The translations under genes and the position numbers were made by a program. From a bacterium (GTDB lineage Bacteria > Zhuqueibacterota > Zhuqueibacteria > Residuimicrobiales > Krinioviventaceae): a DNA stretch of 64,000 bases. The notes beneath the pieces were generated by a model. It saw only the letters and a list, made by a program, of their open reading frames with translations. It did no database searches and was not told the DNA's origin. This document shows positions 10,701 to 20,004 of the stretch, piece by piece (positions within the stretch are counted from its first letter, which is position 1; each line of letters begins with the position of its first letter). The stretch is from positions 1-64,000 of the forward strand of contig CAXXMD010000002.1 of NCBI GenBank assembly GCA_963675755.2. The letters run 5' to 3'.

Positions 10701-10772
10701 AATTTCTTTATTTTCAATCAATGCCCAACCAATTGAATTTGGCCCTAAATCCAATCCTAAAATGCGTGACAT
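7749..10772 (-). CDS. cas9: Compact type II-C Cas9 (1007 aa from ATG 10772)
   Basis: RuvC-I LGLDLGPNSIGWA, Arg-rich bridge helix, RuvC-II IRVELARE, HNH EIEHIIPYSRSLDDSYANKTL...N..K.N.TP, RuvC-III HHAIDA; no csn2 or cas4, hence II-C. Confidence 0.97.
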   Translation of the reverse strand: MSRILGLDLGPNSIGWALIENKEIINSGVRIFQEGINRNTTGSEVSKNKDRRDARGARRRNSRYKMRRDLLVKILKKHNLFPVTETDYVDYFKDNDPYELRNKGLSEKLELYELGRALFHINQRRGFKSNRKTASKEDGAIFKGSGHVHGIDEAKEKMKDNKYQTLGQYLASIDINDPEQRRRSRYTLRKWYKDEFDALWLKQQKYYPEQLTDQVKKEIEEIIFYQRKLKSQKHTIGYCTFEPKKRCSPKSSPVFQYFRILEQVNRIHVTDSSRVNEQLNPQEREILINKLKEAKEVKMDTLHKILGLEDDAVINLDLDKLLGNITGFEIKQIFGKDRYASMSEDYIYYIWHTIHFSNDDDWLKKYAKEKWNLDDKQIDRLMKTTMESGPNNGYGRLSNKAMKKLIPELETSLRYDEAALNAGYHHSKINDIEIQDYLDDPPNVRNPIVQQTMFQLKKVVNTIIQEHGQPDIIRVELARELKMPKDRREQIRIENIQRQRERDAIKIRLQNEMNNIDPGRDDVIKYLLWQESNEIDPYTGDRIGFTDLYNGEYEIEHIIPYSRSLDDSYANKTLCRKDYNLKKSNKTPFEAFGHLPEYEFMVERVKKFKTNGKRNGKLTKFQLQDVDKTLSEEFFHKQLNDTAYISREASKYLKQICPKVHVIKGGATAKLRYLWGLNDILSGDIKIKTRDDHRHHAIDALVIANTTQSMMRTLSTYQKYNLDARYVKASDHRFPMPWDHFHNHAEESVNNILVSFHKRNRPRGKLHEETNYGQITDPESGKAVYVVRKQIEALTPKMITNIVNSETRQLILERLHEKGIDTSGKFKIPKDAFTEPVMHPNTGNKIKSVRVKIPTSNMIQLYKDHKLFVEPGNNHHIEIFATRDGKKRTGYVITLFEAVQRKKQGLPIINKQPREEQYPEFVMSLEINDIFLVDTKPQDVDWENPDILSLTTKLYRIQKISKQITLRHHTISLSGEADPGVLRPNPNTITGIKIKINPLGKIEMCHD

Positions 10773-10811
10773 AATTCCCTCCAAAAATTTTATTAAAAAT
10801 AATTTTTTTTC

Positions 10812-10840
10812 TTGCTTTTATATGCTGAAAATGATATAAT
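10812..10840 (+). promoter_or_regulatory. tracrRNA promoter
   Basis: TTGCTT-N17-TATAAT with extended -10 (TGaTATAAT), divergent from cas9. Confidence 0.7.
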
Positions 10841-10846
10841 AATAAA

Positions 10847-10936
10847 GATATCTAACCTGATCTTGTGTGACTTTTCCACAATAAGGATTTTTCACGCAGG
10901 TAATACCATCCTCCGACTTTGCCGGAGGTTTTTTTT
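10847..10936 (+). ncRNA. tracrRNA (~90 nt; 5' end approximate)
   Basis: Anti-repeat AACCTGATCTTGT (10854-10866) perfectly pairs repeat nt 15-27; CCACAAT (10876-10882) pairs repeat nt 1-7; then AAGG nexus-like motif and terminator CCTCCG-N7-CGGAGG-T8. Confidence 0.9.
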
Positions 10937-11071
10937 GCCCATTTATTAATAAATAACCCCTTAATGTTTGACCCCTGTTTATATTAAAACTATCCCTATT
11001 ATATATTAATCAAAAAGTTAAAAGTTGCAAGACTTTTTTAAATCCCATTCTTGTAAAAAATTGTATCTCCT

Positions 11072-11100
11072 GGAATGAGCACATGGACCGGTTTGTCTAA
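11072..11100 (+). promoter_or_regulatory. Possible ECF-sigma (RpoE-like) promoter of the ABC efflux operon
   Basis: GGAATG-N17-GTCTAA, 40 nt upstream of the start codon. Confidence 0.35.
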
Positions 11101-11140
11101 TGGTCAGAGAGGGCAAAAAATGTGTTGAAAGGAGAGCACA

Positions 11141-12403
11141 ATGAAAAAGATGTTTAAATTTGTTATTCCGTTGATGTTGATCGGCGCCGCGCTAGGATTC
11201 ACCCTCATGAAACCTTTGCATGGTAATGGCCAGGCTGCATACCAATTCAAAGAAATTACAAAAGGTGATGTTGTCAATACCGTATCCAGCACAGGTACAT
11301 TGGAAGCGGTCAGTACCGTTGAAGTGGGTACCCAGGTGTCTGGTATTATTGACAAGCTCTATGTGGACTTTAACGATATTGTGAAAAAAGGCCAACTTTT
11401 AGCTGTATTGGATACAGTGCTGTTGAATGCTTCATTAAAGGACGCACAGGCCAATATGGAAAAAGCCGAAGCTCAATATGAACTGGCCCAGGCTGATCTT
11501 GATCGCTATAAACCCATGTTTGAAAAGGGATTGATTTCTGAATCCGAGTTTTTAACAACACAGGTATCCGTCAAAACCGAACGCGCGAATTTAAAATCCG
11601 CAGAAGTCGCATTACAACGTGCAACCCAGAATTTAAATTACGCGTTTATCAAATCCCCAATAAACGGCACTATCATTCAGCGCAGTGTGGAAGAAGGGCA
11701 GACCGTTGCGGCTAGCATGTCTACACCTACGTTGTTTATCATTGCAGAAGATCTTTCCAAAATGGAAATCCATGCACAGGTTGATGAAAGTGATATCGGC
11801 ATGATTAAAGATGGTCAATCCGTGGAGTTTGATGTACAATCTTATCCTGATTTAAAGTTTACCGGCCAGGTCCGTCAGATCCGTTTACAACCAACAACCG
11901 AATCCAATGTTGTAACATATACAGTGGTTGTAGATACTGAAAATAAAGATAATATTCTATTGCCAGGTATGACAGCAACTATAGATTTTATTATAGAAGA
12001 GAGCAGGGATGTTTTATTAGTTCCCAACATTGCCTTGCGTTATCAACCGTCTGAAGATGAATTAAATGCTGTAATGGAATCTATGCCTAAACCAGGTGAA
12101 GGTGGACCCGGTGGTCCGGCTCCTGAAGGTATGGAAAATAAACCGCCCCAGGGTGAAGGTGCTCCTCCAATGGGTGCAGAGCCCCCAGCAGATATGGGAC
12201 ACGTATGGTATTTAAAAGATGGTAAACTGGCAATGGCCATGTTCAAAGCCGGTGCTACCGATGGCAAATTTACCGAGATCGTTGCAAGTCGTGAATTGAA
12301 AAAAGGTGTTCAGGTGATTTCCGGTAGAAGCAATTTTGACGAGCAAGCTCTCAAAGAGGCAGCTCAGCAGCGACAAGGTGGCGGACCACCAAGGCCTTTT
12401 TAA
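11141..12403 (+). CDS. MacA-like periplasmic adaptor subunit
   Basis: [40 protein letters not shown] motifs. Confidence 0.9.
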   Translation: MKKMFKFVIPLMLIGAALGFTLMKPLHGNGQAAYQFKEITKGDVVNTVSSTGTLEAVSTVEVGTQVSGIIDKLYVDFNDIVKKGQLLAVLDTVLLNASLKDAQANMEKAEAQYELAQADLDRYKPMFEKGLISESEFLTTQVSVKTERANLKSAEVALQRATQNLNYAFIKSPINGTIIQRSVEEGQTVAASMSTPTLFIIAEDLSKMEIHAQVDESDIGMIKDGQSVEFDVQSYPDLKFTGQVRQIRLQPTTESNVVTYTVVVDTENKDNILLPGMTATIDFIIEESRDVLLVPNIALRYQPSEDELNAVMESMPKPGEGGPGGPAPEGMENKPPQGEGAPPMGAEPPADMGHVWYLKDGKLAMAMFKAGATDGKFTEIVASRELKKGVQVISGRSNFDEQALKEAAQQRQGGGPPRPF

Positions 12404-12441
12404 AAAAGTTTGTTGATATTGATGGTATTGGAGAACATATT

Positions 12442-13182
12442 ATGAAGACTGTAATTGAAACCAGAAATCTTGTAAAAACATATACAATGGGACAAGTATC
12501 GGTCCATGCATTAAAAGGTGTGAATTTGACTGTAGAGGAAGGCGAGTTTGTCGCAATAATGGGCTCTTCTGGCTCTGGTAAATCTACATTGATGAATCTG
12601 CTTGGTTGTTTGGATTCACCTACCAGTGGTGATTATTATCTGGATGGTAAAAATGTAAACGATATGACCAAAGATGAATATGCAGATATTCGCAATCAGA
12701 AAATTGGATTTGTCTTTCAGGGATTTAACCTGTTACCGCGTACCACTGCTTTAGATAATGTTGAACTTCCTTTGGTATATGATCGAACCAAGCGTGTCAA
12801 GAATCCACGCGAAGCCTCAATAAAAGCATTGGAAATGGTAGGACTGGGAGACAGGATTGATCATGAACCGAACCAATTGTCTGGTGGGCAACAGCAGCGC
12901 GTTGCTGTTGCACGTGCATTGGTTACAAATCCGTCCCTTATTCTGGCAGATGAACCAACCGGTAATCTGGATACAAAGACTTCTGTTGATATTATGGCCC
13001 TGTTTCAGGAATTGAATGATCAGGGGATTACAATAATTCTTGTTACACATGAAGAAGATATAGCATTATATTCTAAACGGATAGTGACCATGCGTGACGG
13101 ATTAATTGTAAAAGACGAGTCTGTTTCAAATCGTTCTTTGATACCATCTACAAATGAAAATGTTTATGTAACAGATTTGTAG
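12442..13182 (+). CDS. MacB/LolD-type ABC transporter ATP-binding protein
   Basis: Walker [33 protein letters not shown]. Confidence 0.95.
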   Translation: MKTVIETRNLVKTYTMGQVSVHALKGVNLTVEEGEFVAIMGSSGSGKSTLMNLLGCLDSPTSGDYYLDGKNVNDMTKDEYADIRNQKIGFVFQGFNLLPRTTALDNVELPLVYDRTKRVKNPREASIKALEMVGLGDRIDHEPNQLSGGQQQRVAVARALVTNPSLILADEPTGNLDTKTSVDIMALFQELNDQGITIILVTHEEDIALYSKRIVTMRDGLIVKDESVSNRSLIPSTNENVYVTDL

Positions 13183-13191
13183 AGGTGGGTT

Positions 13192-14412
13192 ATGTTGCAA
13201 TTGAAAAAAATTATTGTTGCGTCTATGAACAGCATTTTAAAGAATAAAATGCGGAGTTTATTGACTTCATTGGGTATTATTATTGGTGTAGCGTCAGTCA
13301 TTGTTATGGTTGCTATTGGAAAAGGTGCATCGGCAAGAATTCAAAGTCATATCGCATCCATGGGATCAGATATGTTAATGGTGCATCCCGGAGCAAGCAG
13401 AATGGGTGGTGTAAATCGCGGTGCTGGTAGTTTTAATCGATTAACTTTTAAAGATGTGGAAGAAATACAAGACCAGGCGCAGTATTTAAGTTATGTTTCG
13501 CCGCAGGTTCGTGTCAGCGGACAGATCATTGGTGGCGGAAATAACTGGTCTACATCTGTACTGGGTGTAGGTCCGGATTATTTGAAAATACGTGTTTATG
13601 AAATTGAATCCGGTGAAATGTTTACCGATAAAGATGAACGCGTACGAAGCAAGGTAGCAATATTAGGTAAAACTGTAGCAGACGAATTATTCCCGGATCA
13701 GGACCCCATAGGTGAAAAAGTACGTATAAACAAAACTCCGTTTACAGTTATTGGTGTACTCAAGGAAAAAGGAACGACGGGTTTTGGCGGAGATCAGGAT
13801 GATGTAATTCTGGCCCCTTCTAAAACTGTATTATTTCGTTTAAAAGGCGGGCAGTATATTGACGAGATCTATACAAGTGCATTATCAAGCAATTATATGT
13901 ATCGTGCTGAACAAGAGATAAAACAAGTATTACGTCGTACACACAGGCTTGATGATAATGAGGATGATGACTTTACAGTGAGAAATCAAGCCGAAATGAT
14001 TGACATGATGTCATCAACCACCCAAACCATGACCATGCTTTTGGGCTCAATTGCTGCGGTATCACTGCTGGTAGGTGGCATTGGAATCATGAATATCATG
14101 CTGGTATCTGTAACAGAAAGGACCCGCGAGATTGGCATTCGGTTATCCATTGGTGCACGTGGAAGAGACATTATGACCCAGTTTCTTGCTGAATCTATGA
14201 TGCTGAGTGTAATCGGAGGATTAATAGGAATTCTGTTCTCTTTTGGGGTTTCAGCGATCCTGGTCAAGTTCACTACGTTTAGTACTTTGATAAGTATGCC
14301 AATAGTTATGCTGGCATTTTCATTCGCCTGTTTTGTTGGTGTCTTTTTTGGCTATTATCCAGCTCAAAAAGCGGCTCAGATGAATCCAATTGATGCTTTG
14401 CGCTATGAATAA
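13192..14412 (+). CDS. MacB-type ABC transporter permease
   Basis: RSLLTSLGIIIGVASV, GGIGIMNIMLVSVTERTREIGIR, PIDALRYE. Confidence 0.95.
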   Translation: MLQLKKIIVASMNSILKNKMRSLLTSLGIIIGVASVIVMVAIGKGASARIQSHIASMGSDMLMVHPGASRMGGVNRGAGSFNRLTFKDVEEIQDQAQYLSYVSPQVRVSGQIIGGGNNWSTSVLGVGPDYLKIRVYEIESGEMFTDKDERVRSKVAILGKTVADELFPDQDPIGEKVRINKTPFTVIGVLKEKGTTGFGGDQDDVILAPSKTVLFRLKGGQYIDEIYTSALSSNYMYRAEQEIKQVLRRTHRLDDNEDDDFTVRNQAEMIDMMSSTTQTMTMLLGSIAAVSLLVGGIGIMNIMLVSVTERTREIGIRLSIGARGRDIMTQFLAESMMLSVIGGLIGILFSFGVSAILVKFTTFSTLISMPIVMLAFSFACFVGVFFGYYPAQKAAQMNPIDALRYE

Positions 14413-14431
14413 GTTATAAAAAAAGGAGACC

Positions 14432-14860
14432 ATGATGAAACTTTTTAAAAGTTTTAATGTATCATTAATAGCAGCAGTTTTGTTGCTTGGAAATGTTTGT
14501 TTCCCTCAACCGGGTGGTGGTCCCGGAGGTCCTGGTGGCCCAGGTAAACCAACTGATGAACAGATTAAAGAACGAGTAAAAGAAATGGCAGAATCTGTTG
14601 GTTTGTCAGATGAACAGATTGAAAAAATTGTAGCTATACAAAAAGAACATTTTCAAACCATGGATGAATCAAGACAAAATTCATCAGGTGATCGTTCTAA
14701 AATGCGTGAAACAATGGACAAGATGTTTGAAGAAATGAATACGAAAATTAAAGCAGTAATGACAGACGAACAATATAAAAAATATCAGGAATATGAGAAA
14801 AGCCATCGTAGAGGTCCAGGAGGACCCGGTGGTGGAGGTGAACCTCCATCTCAAAGATGA
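14432..14860 (+). CDS. Secreted Spy/CpxP-like (LTxxQ-type) helical protein with Gly/Pro-rich tails
   Basis: Signal peptide; GLSDEQ and VMTDEQ motifs; Met/charged helical core. Confidence 0.6.
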   Translation: MMKLFKSFNVSLIAAVLLLGNVCFPQPGGGPGGPGGPGKPTDEQIKERVKEMAESVGLSDEQIEKIVAIQKEHFQTMDESRQNSSGDRSKMRETMDKMFEEMNTKIKAVMTDEQYKKYQEYEKSHRRGPGGPGGGGEPPSQR

Positions 14861-14871
14861 TGCCCCTCATC

Positions 14872-14930
14872 GCGCTGATACCTCCTTCATCAGTGCAAAC
14901 CGGGAGATTTTAATATCTCCCGGATATTTT
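14872..14930 (+). ncRNA. Anti-SD hairpin + terminator, copy 1 (3' UTR of the ABC operon)
   Basis: Stem GCGCTGAT/ATCAGTGC with loop ACCTCCTTC, then CCGGGAGAT-N6-ATCTCCCGG and a T-rich tail. Confidence 0.55.
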
Positions 14931-14985
14931 TAATTTTTTTATTTTTACAAAAATATGTTTTGATTTTACATATTTTTTTTATAAT

Positions 14986-15014
14986 TTGTCATGTTTTAAT
15001 ATTGATAATATAAT
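14986..15014 (+). promoter_or_regulatory. Sigma70 promoter of a stand-alone small RNA
   Basis: TTGTCA-N17-TATAAT, followed ~110 nt later by an intrinsic terminator with no substantial ORF between. Confidence 0.6.
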
Positions 15015-15020
15015 TTTTTT

Positions 15021-15138
15021 TAAAAAATGGTATCGGTTGGCGAATGTGGACGCTATTAAGACTGAACCATATAAAAAACGCTAATACCTCCTTCATTAGC
15101 GTTAACCGGGAGATTTTTTAATCTTCCGGTTTTTTTTT
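15021..15138 (+). ncRNA. Putative ~118-nt sRNA containing anti-SD hairpin copy 2
   Basis: 5' stem (ATGGT...ACCAT enclosing TGGCG/CGCTA), stem AACGCTAAT/ATTAGCGTT with loop ACCTCCTTC, terminator AACCGGGAGAT/ATCTTCCGGTT plus T-run. Confidence 0.6.
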
Positions 15139-15337
15139 GTCCATCCTAATAGTTTTGATATTTATAAATGTAATAAAAATTTGAAATTTTTTGATTTGTA
15201 TTTTTTCTTGTGCAATCTCTATATACAAAAAATATCAACAGTAAATTCATTTTACATCTGTTTATATTGTTTTACTTTTTAATTTGGAAATTATTTATTA
15301 TTATTAAATAATCACAATTTAAAACCAAGGGGATGAA

Positions 15338-17977
15338 ATGAAATCTATTTACAGTATTATTGTTTGTGTAATCGTATGTATTTTTTTAATGAATCATGAT
15401 CTTTATGCAAGACAACTAATCGTGCCCGATCAATATTCAACCATTGCTCAAGCTGTTACTGATGCTGCTGCAAAAGATACTGTTTTTATAAAAAATGGTG
15501 TCTATACGGAGCATTACATTAAAGTTGAAAAATGTATCGTTATCCGGGGTGAGAGCAGAGATTCCACAATATTAAAAGGTGATGGTTTCACCGAAGAAGG
15601 ATTTATGTTGGATGTGGAATTTACTGAAGGTACAACAGTTGATAGCTTGATATTTGAAAACTTGACCATAAAAGATTATTGGAGATCACTTGAGAATTAT
15701 CTTCCTTCTTACTATCCCGAATCAAAGCAGGCTGTTATGATTATTCAAAATTGTAATTTTGTCAATTGCGGTACACGTGCAATTGCAATTCCCGAATGGT
15801 CAAAAACTTTATATATTCAAAACAATACATTTGATAGTTGTGGTTCCGCACTTGTTCTTGGTTCATCGAGTGCATTTGTCAAGTATATACTGAATAATCG
15901 ATTTGTTAACAACTATGTTGCCATAGAACTGAAAGCGCATAATGCTATAATTAGTAATAATATTATTAAAAATTCTCAATATAATGGCATTTTAGAATCA
16001 TCAACCACCCAAAACAACAAGATTGTCAATAATACGTTTGTAGGGAATTCTGGCTGGGGTCTTCATATTGATAATGGTTTCCATACAACAGAAATCAAGA
16101 ACAATATATTTTACTCAAATGAATCAGGTTTAACTGTAGCATCTGACCAAAGCAGTGTTGACTATAATGCATTCTATATGAATGGTGAAGATTATTGGGG
16201 TGGAAGCAAAAAAGGGGAACATGATGTGTTTGATGATCCCATGTTTGCTGATACAACTAATTATTCCATTGCTTCTGGTTCCCCCTGCATTGATGCTGGA
16301 GACCCATCATTTGATTATTCTAATGAACCGGATTATAATGGTCTATGTGTTAATATGGGTGCTTGGGGAAATACCCCGTTTGCCTCCATTTCCAACCCAG
16401 CTATTGCAATTGATGATACTTTGCAGAATAGTGAACATTTGGTTCAGCAAAATGATACATCTTTTGTACTGGTCCATAATCCGGGAACTTCTCGACTCAA
16501 TATTTTGCAGCATCAAATCAATGGAGAAGGATTTACCAGGATAAATGATAATCCAACATTTATATTGCCGGATTCTGTTGTAAAATTTAAATTTTTGTTC
16601 AACCCTTTAAAAACCAAAGAGTATTCAGGAGAACTGGTGTTTAACTCTAATTCATTACAGGAACCTGAAGTTAAAGTCAAAATTATTCGAAAAGGAGTGC
16701 TAAGGGGGCATTTTGCAGGTGTTTTGAATAAAACAAACTCTCCGTACAAGGTTACAGGCCATGTTTATGTGGATTCATTAAAACATTTATCTATAAACGC
16801 AGGGGCAGAATTATTATTCGAACAGGATTGTAGAATATTTGTTAAAAGCGGTGGAAGGATTTCACTTGCCGGTTATCCAGCAGATTCTGTCATATTACGG
16901 CCTGTAAATAGTCAAATTGAGGGATGGGGAGGAATTGAGATTCAAAACAGTCAAAACAGTGAGATCCGTTATACATCATTTTATGGAGCAAAGAACACCC
17001 AATATAATGGCGGAGCATTACTGTTAGATCAATCGGATATGATTATTGAGCATTGTTTGTTCAAAGATTGTCGTGCAGGTGGAGACGGGGGAGCAATCGC
17101 CATTACACATTCACAAGTGCAATTGCGATCTTGTAAGTTTGATAATAATATGAATGGTGCAGGAAATGGGATTGTGAGTGCAAGGCATTCGAATACAAGT
17201 ATTGAAAATTGTGAATTTAATAATAGTGAGCAATTGGTAACAGATCTTTTACATTTTGATACGGGAAGCTTGGTATTTAATTATAATCTCATACATTCAT
17301 TATCTACTCATTGGATTATTTGGTGTTATCTTGAAAATCTTTCTTTTAATAACAATACTATTGTAAATAATTCTGATCCTGATTCAAAAGGGGATTTTGT
17401 TTTTTATATTAAAAGTAATGGAGAAATACACAATAATATTATTAAAAATTTTAAAGATAATGAATTAAGCCTAACAGATAGTACATGTTTTTTTAGTCAT
17501 AATTTATGTGATTATAAATATGAAGGTGATGGGAACATTATAGGTGATCCGGGTTTTGTGGGAGGAGATCCTTTTGATTACCATTTACAGGAAAATTCGG
17601 TTTGCATTGATGCGGGGATTGATGTGGGATTTTCATGGGTTGGTGAAGCAGCTGATCTGGGGTGTTACGAGTATGATCCCACCACTGTTTTTGTAGAAAA
17701 TTTAAAAACACCTATGAATTATAAATTACAACAAAATTATCCCAATCCTTTTAATCCCAATACTCATATTTCATTTTCATTACCCGTGATGACCAAAGTT
17801 CGTCTTGAGATATTTAATATGTTAGGGCAAAGCGTTGCGGTTTTAACGGATAAATACTATGATGCCGGTCACTATACAATCCCCTGGAATGGAAGAGCAT
17901 TTCCCAGTGGAATTTACTTTTATACAATGACAACTGACACACACAAGGTAACACGAAAAATGGTATTAATTGAATAA
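15338..17977 (+). CDS. Secreted right-handed beta-helix repeat protein with Ig-like domain and C-terminal sorting (T9SS-type) domain
   Basis: VPDQYSTIAQAV start, Asn-rich parallel beta-helix repeats, SPCIDAGDP, LQQNYPNPFNP...SGIYFY...RKMVLI. Confidence 0.8.
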   Translation: MKSIYSIIVCVIVCIFLMNHDLYARQLIVPDQYSTIAQAVTDAAAKDTVFIKNGVYTEHYIKVEKCIVIRGESRDSTILKGDGFTEEGFMLDVEFTEGTTVDSLIFENLTIKDYWRSLENYLPSYYPESKQAVMIIQNCNFVNCGTRAIAIPEWSKTLYIQNNTFDSCGSALVLGSSSAFVKYILNNRFVNNYVAIELKAHNAIISNNIIKNSQYNGILESSTTQNNKIVNNTFVGNSGWGLHIDNGFHTTEIKNNIFYSNESGLTVASDQSSVDYNAFYMNGEDYWGGSKKGEHDVFDDPMFADTTNYSIASGSPCIDAGDPSFDYSNEPDYNGLCVNMGAWGNTPFASISNPAIAIDDTLQNSEHLVQQNDTSFVLVHNPGTSRLNILQHQINGEGFTRINDNPTFILPDSVVKFKFLFNPLKTKEYSGELVFNSNSLQEPEVKVKIIRKGVLRGHFAGVLNKTNSPYKVTGHVYVDSLKHLSINAGAELLFEQDCRIFVKSGGRISLAGYPADSVILRPVNSQIEGWGGIEIQNSQNSEIRYTSFYGAKNTQYNGGALLLDQSDMIIEHCLFKDCRAGGDGGAIAITHSQVQLRSCKFDNNMNGAGNGIVSARHSNTSIENCEFNNSEQLVTDLLHFDTGSLVFNYNLIHSLSTHWIIWCYLENLSFNNNTIVNNSDPDSKGDFVFYIKSNGEIHNNIIKNFKDNELSLTDSTCFFSHNLCDYKYEGDGNIIGDPGFVGGDPFDYHLQENSVCIDAGIDVGFSWVGEAADLGCYEYDPTTVFVENLKTPMNYKLQQNYPNPFNPNTHISFSLPVMTKVRLEIFNMLGQSVAVLTDKYYDAGHYTIPWNGRAFPSGIYFYTMTTDTHKVTRKMVLIE

Positions 17978-18063
17978 AAGTGAATTACAATTTACGATCC
18001 GAATTTTGAAATATTTGAGTCATGTTTTCCATTATATATATATGTATACCTATAGGAGGAAAT

Positions 18064-19126
18064 ATGGCTAATCAAAATATAGATCGTCGAACTTTTATTG
18101 GTGCAGGTATTGCTTCTACGGCTGGTATTGCTATGAATACAGCAATGGCAGCTAAGGATAAAAAAATAGAACCCGGACAAAAACGTGTAACTGAACATCC
18201 TTATAACCCAAGAACACATAAGGCAATGCCTACTCGTAATTTAGGAAAAACCGGATATCAGGTTGGTATTTATAGTCTTGGTGGTCAGGCAACCCTGGAA
18301 AAACCGGGAACAGAGCATGAATCCGAGCAGATCGTAAACCGAGCTATAGATTTGGGTATTAACTATATAGATTCAGCAGCGGCTTATGGTAGAGGAATCA
18401 GCGAGACGAATATTGGTCGTGTTTTAAAGTACAGAAGAGATGAAGTGTTTCTTGCTTCCAAAACTCATGACCGTAGTTACGATGGCTCTATGAAATTACT
18501 GGAAAAGAGTTTAAATCAACTCCAGACTGATCATCTCGATGTTTGGCAGTTACATAATGTAAAACGCCAGGATGAACTGGACCAGATTTTTGCCAAAGAC
18601 GGTGCAATTAAAGCACTTGAAAAAGCTATTGATGAGGGAATGGTACGATATCCCGGTATAACCGGTCATTATGAGCCCCTTGTTTTAGGAAGGGCGTTGG
18701 AATCCTATGATTTTGCTACAATACTCATGGCAATTAATGCTGCGGATGTACATTATCTCAGTTTCAAAAATTATTTACTTCCCCTTGCACAGGAAAAAGG
18801 AATTGGTATTGTTGGGATGAAGTTGGCTACACGAGGGAGATTGTTATCAACCTGGACACCTCCACCGCTTGAAGATCAACCCGAGCGGATGCGGACATCC
18901 AAACCCGGTGCTGTAACAATGAAAGAATCACTTTATTACAAATTTTTCATTACCACTCAGTACAAATATTGTTGGTGTAGATAATATAACACAATTGGAA
19001 GAAAATGTAAAATGGGCTTCAGAATTTTCTCCTTTAAATGAAAAACAGTTGGCCGATTTGGAGGTTAAAACATTACCGGTTGTTAGACAGGGACTTTATT
19101 TTAGACGTTGGGATTTGGGAGCATGA
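18064..19126 (+). pseudogene. Tat-exported aldo/keto reductase with a +1 frameshift near 18940 (homopolymer; possibly sequencing error)
   Basis: DRRTFIG, GINYIDSAAAYG, LASKT, DVWQLH; removing one A from TACAAATTTTTCA restores YNFSLPLSTNIVGVDNITQLEENV...RRWDLGA* ending at 19126. Confidence 0.8.
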
Positions 19127-19135
19127 CTTTATTAT

Positions 19136-19164
19136 GAGCCCGGTATAAAATTACCGGGCTTTTT
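19136..19164. terminator. Terminator hairpin between convergent genes
   Basis: GAGCCCGGTA-N6-TACCGGGCTT followed by Ts. Confidence 0.7.
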
Positions 19165-19165
19165 C

Positions 19166-19858
19166 TTAATATACTATAGGTTGAGGATCATATTCATATT
19201 TTTCTCTCCATCTCATTGGAACATCTGCGCGGTTATCATAAAATCCACTTTCCCAGTATCCTTTGACAGATTCGTTGGTTAATTCCAGTTTATTTACCCA
19301 TTTTGCCCATTTGTATCCGATCTTGCCAAAGTTAATCAATCTTAATGGATACCCATCATTTGGTGCTAACGGATATCCGTTAACTTTGTACGCCAACATT
19401 GCATTGTATTTTATAAGATAAGCTAGCGGCAACGATGTTGTATAATCATCCACACAGTGGAAGAGAATATGCTCTGCATCTTGTTTGACTCCTGACAGAA
19501 CCAATAAGGATTTAATGGATATCCCTTCCCATTGACCCCAAACTTCCCAGCCTTCAACACAATACATGATCATGGTATCCGATTTGACGGATTTCATATT
19601 TTGTATCTGCTGCCAATTCAAAGTGACTGTAGAATCAACGAGACCTGTTATTGTAAGCGTAAATTCGTTCATGTCAATTACCGGAACACCAAAAACACTG
19701 CGTTCAGGCCCATTTTCTGCTCTGACTATATATTCTTTAAAAGGATTTTCGTTTCCGGTACCTTCAGGAGCGGTTGTATTGTTTTCAGATAATGGCTTTT
19801 CATCCTCACAGTAAACAAGAAAGACAACAAATAATAGTAACAAGTGTTTTATTTTCAT
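19166..19858 (-). CDS. Molybdopterin-dependent oxidoreductase (sulfite oxidase/MsrP-like), probable lipoprotein
   Basis: YCVEGW, YTTSLPL, GYPLRL, GYKWAKWV, GYWE. Confidence 0.85.
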   Translation of the reverse strand: MKIKHLLLLFVVFLVYCEDEKPLSENNTTAPEGTGNENPFKEYIVRAENGPERSVFGVPVIDMNEFTLTITGLVDSTVTLNWQQIQNMKSVKSDTMIMYCVEGWEVWGQWEGISIKSLLVLSGVKQDAEHILFHCVDDYTTSLPLAYLIKYNAMLAYKVNGYPLAPNDGYPLRLINFGKIGYKWAKWVNKLELTNESVKGYWESGFYDNRADVPMRWREKYEYDPQPIVY

Positions 19859-20004
19859 TATTTTACTCCATTCAACAGGATTGATATAACAATCCAATGG
19901 TGCTTTTTAGTCCTATGTTCAACTTTTCCTTGTTTAAAACAAAAAATCCCCTATATTGAATTTATTGCACAATATAAATGTTAACAGGCGAAAAGGGAGG
20001 AGTA

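Noticed and set aside
12100-14850. GGPGGP-type repeats in the adaptor and Spy-like genes
   Set aside because: Low-complexity Gly/Pro protein linkers, not DNA repeat elements.
15028-15060. 10-codon ORF MVSVGECGRY inside the putative sRNA, or a riboswitch for the 15338 gene
   Set aside because: No RBS; no riboswitch consensus that I recognise; the terminator is ~200 nt from the next gene. Not fully excluded.
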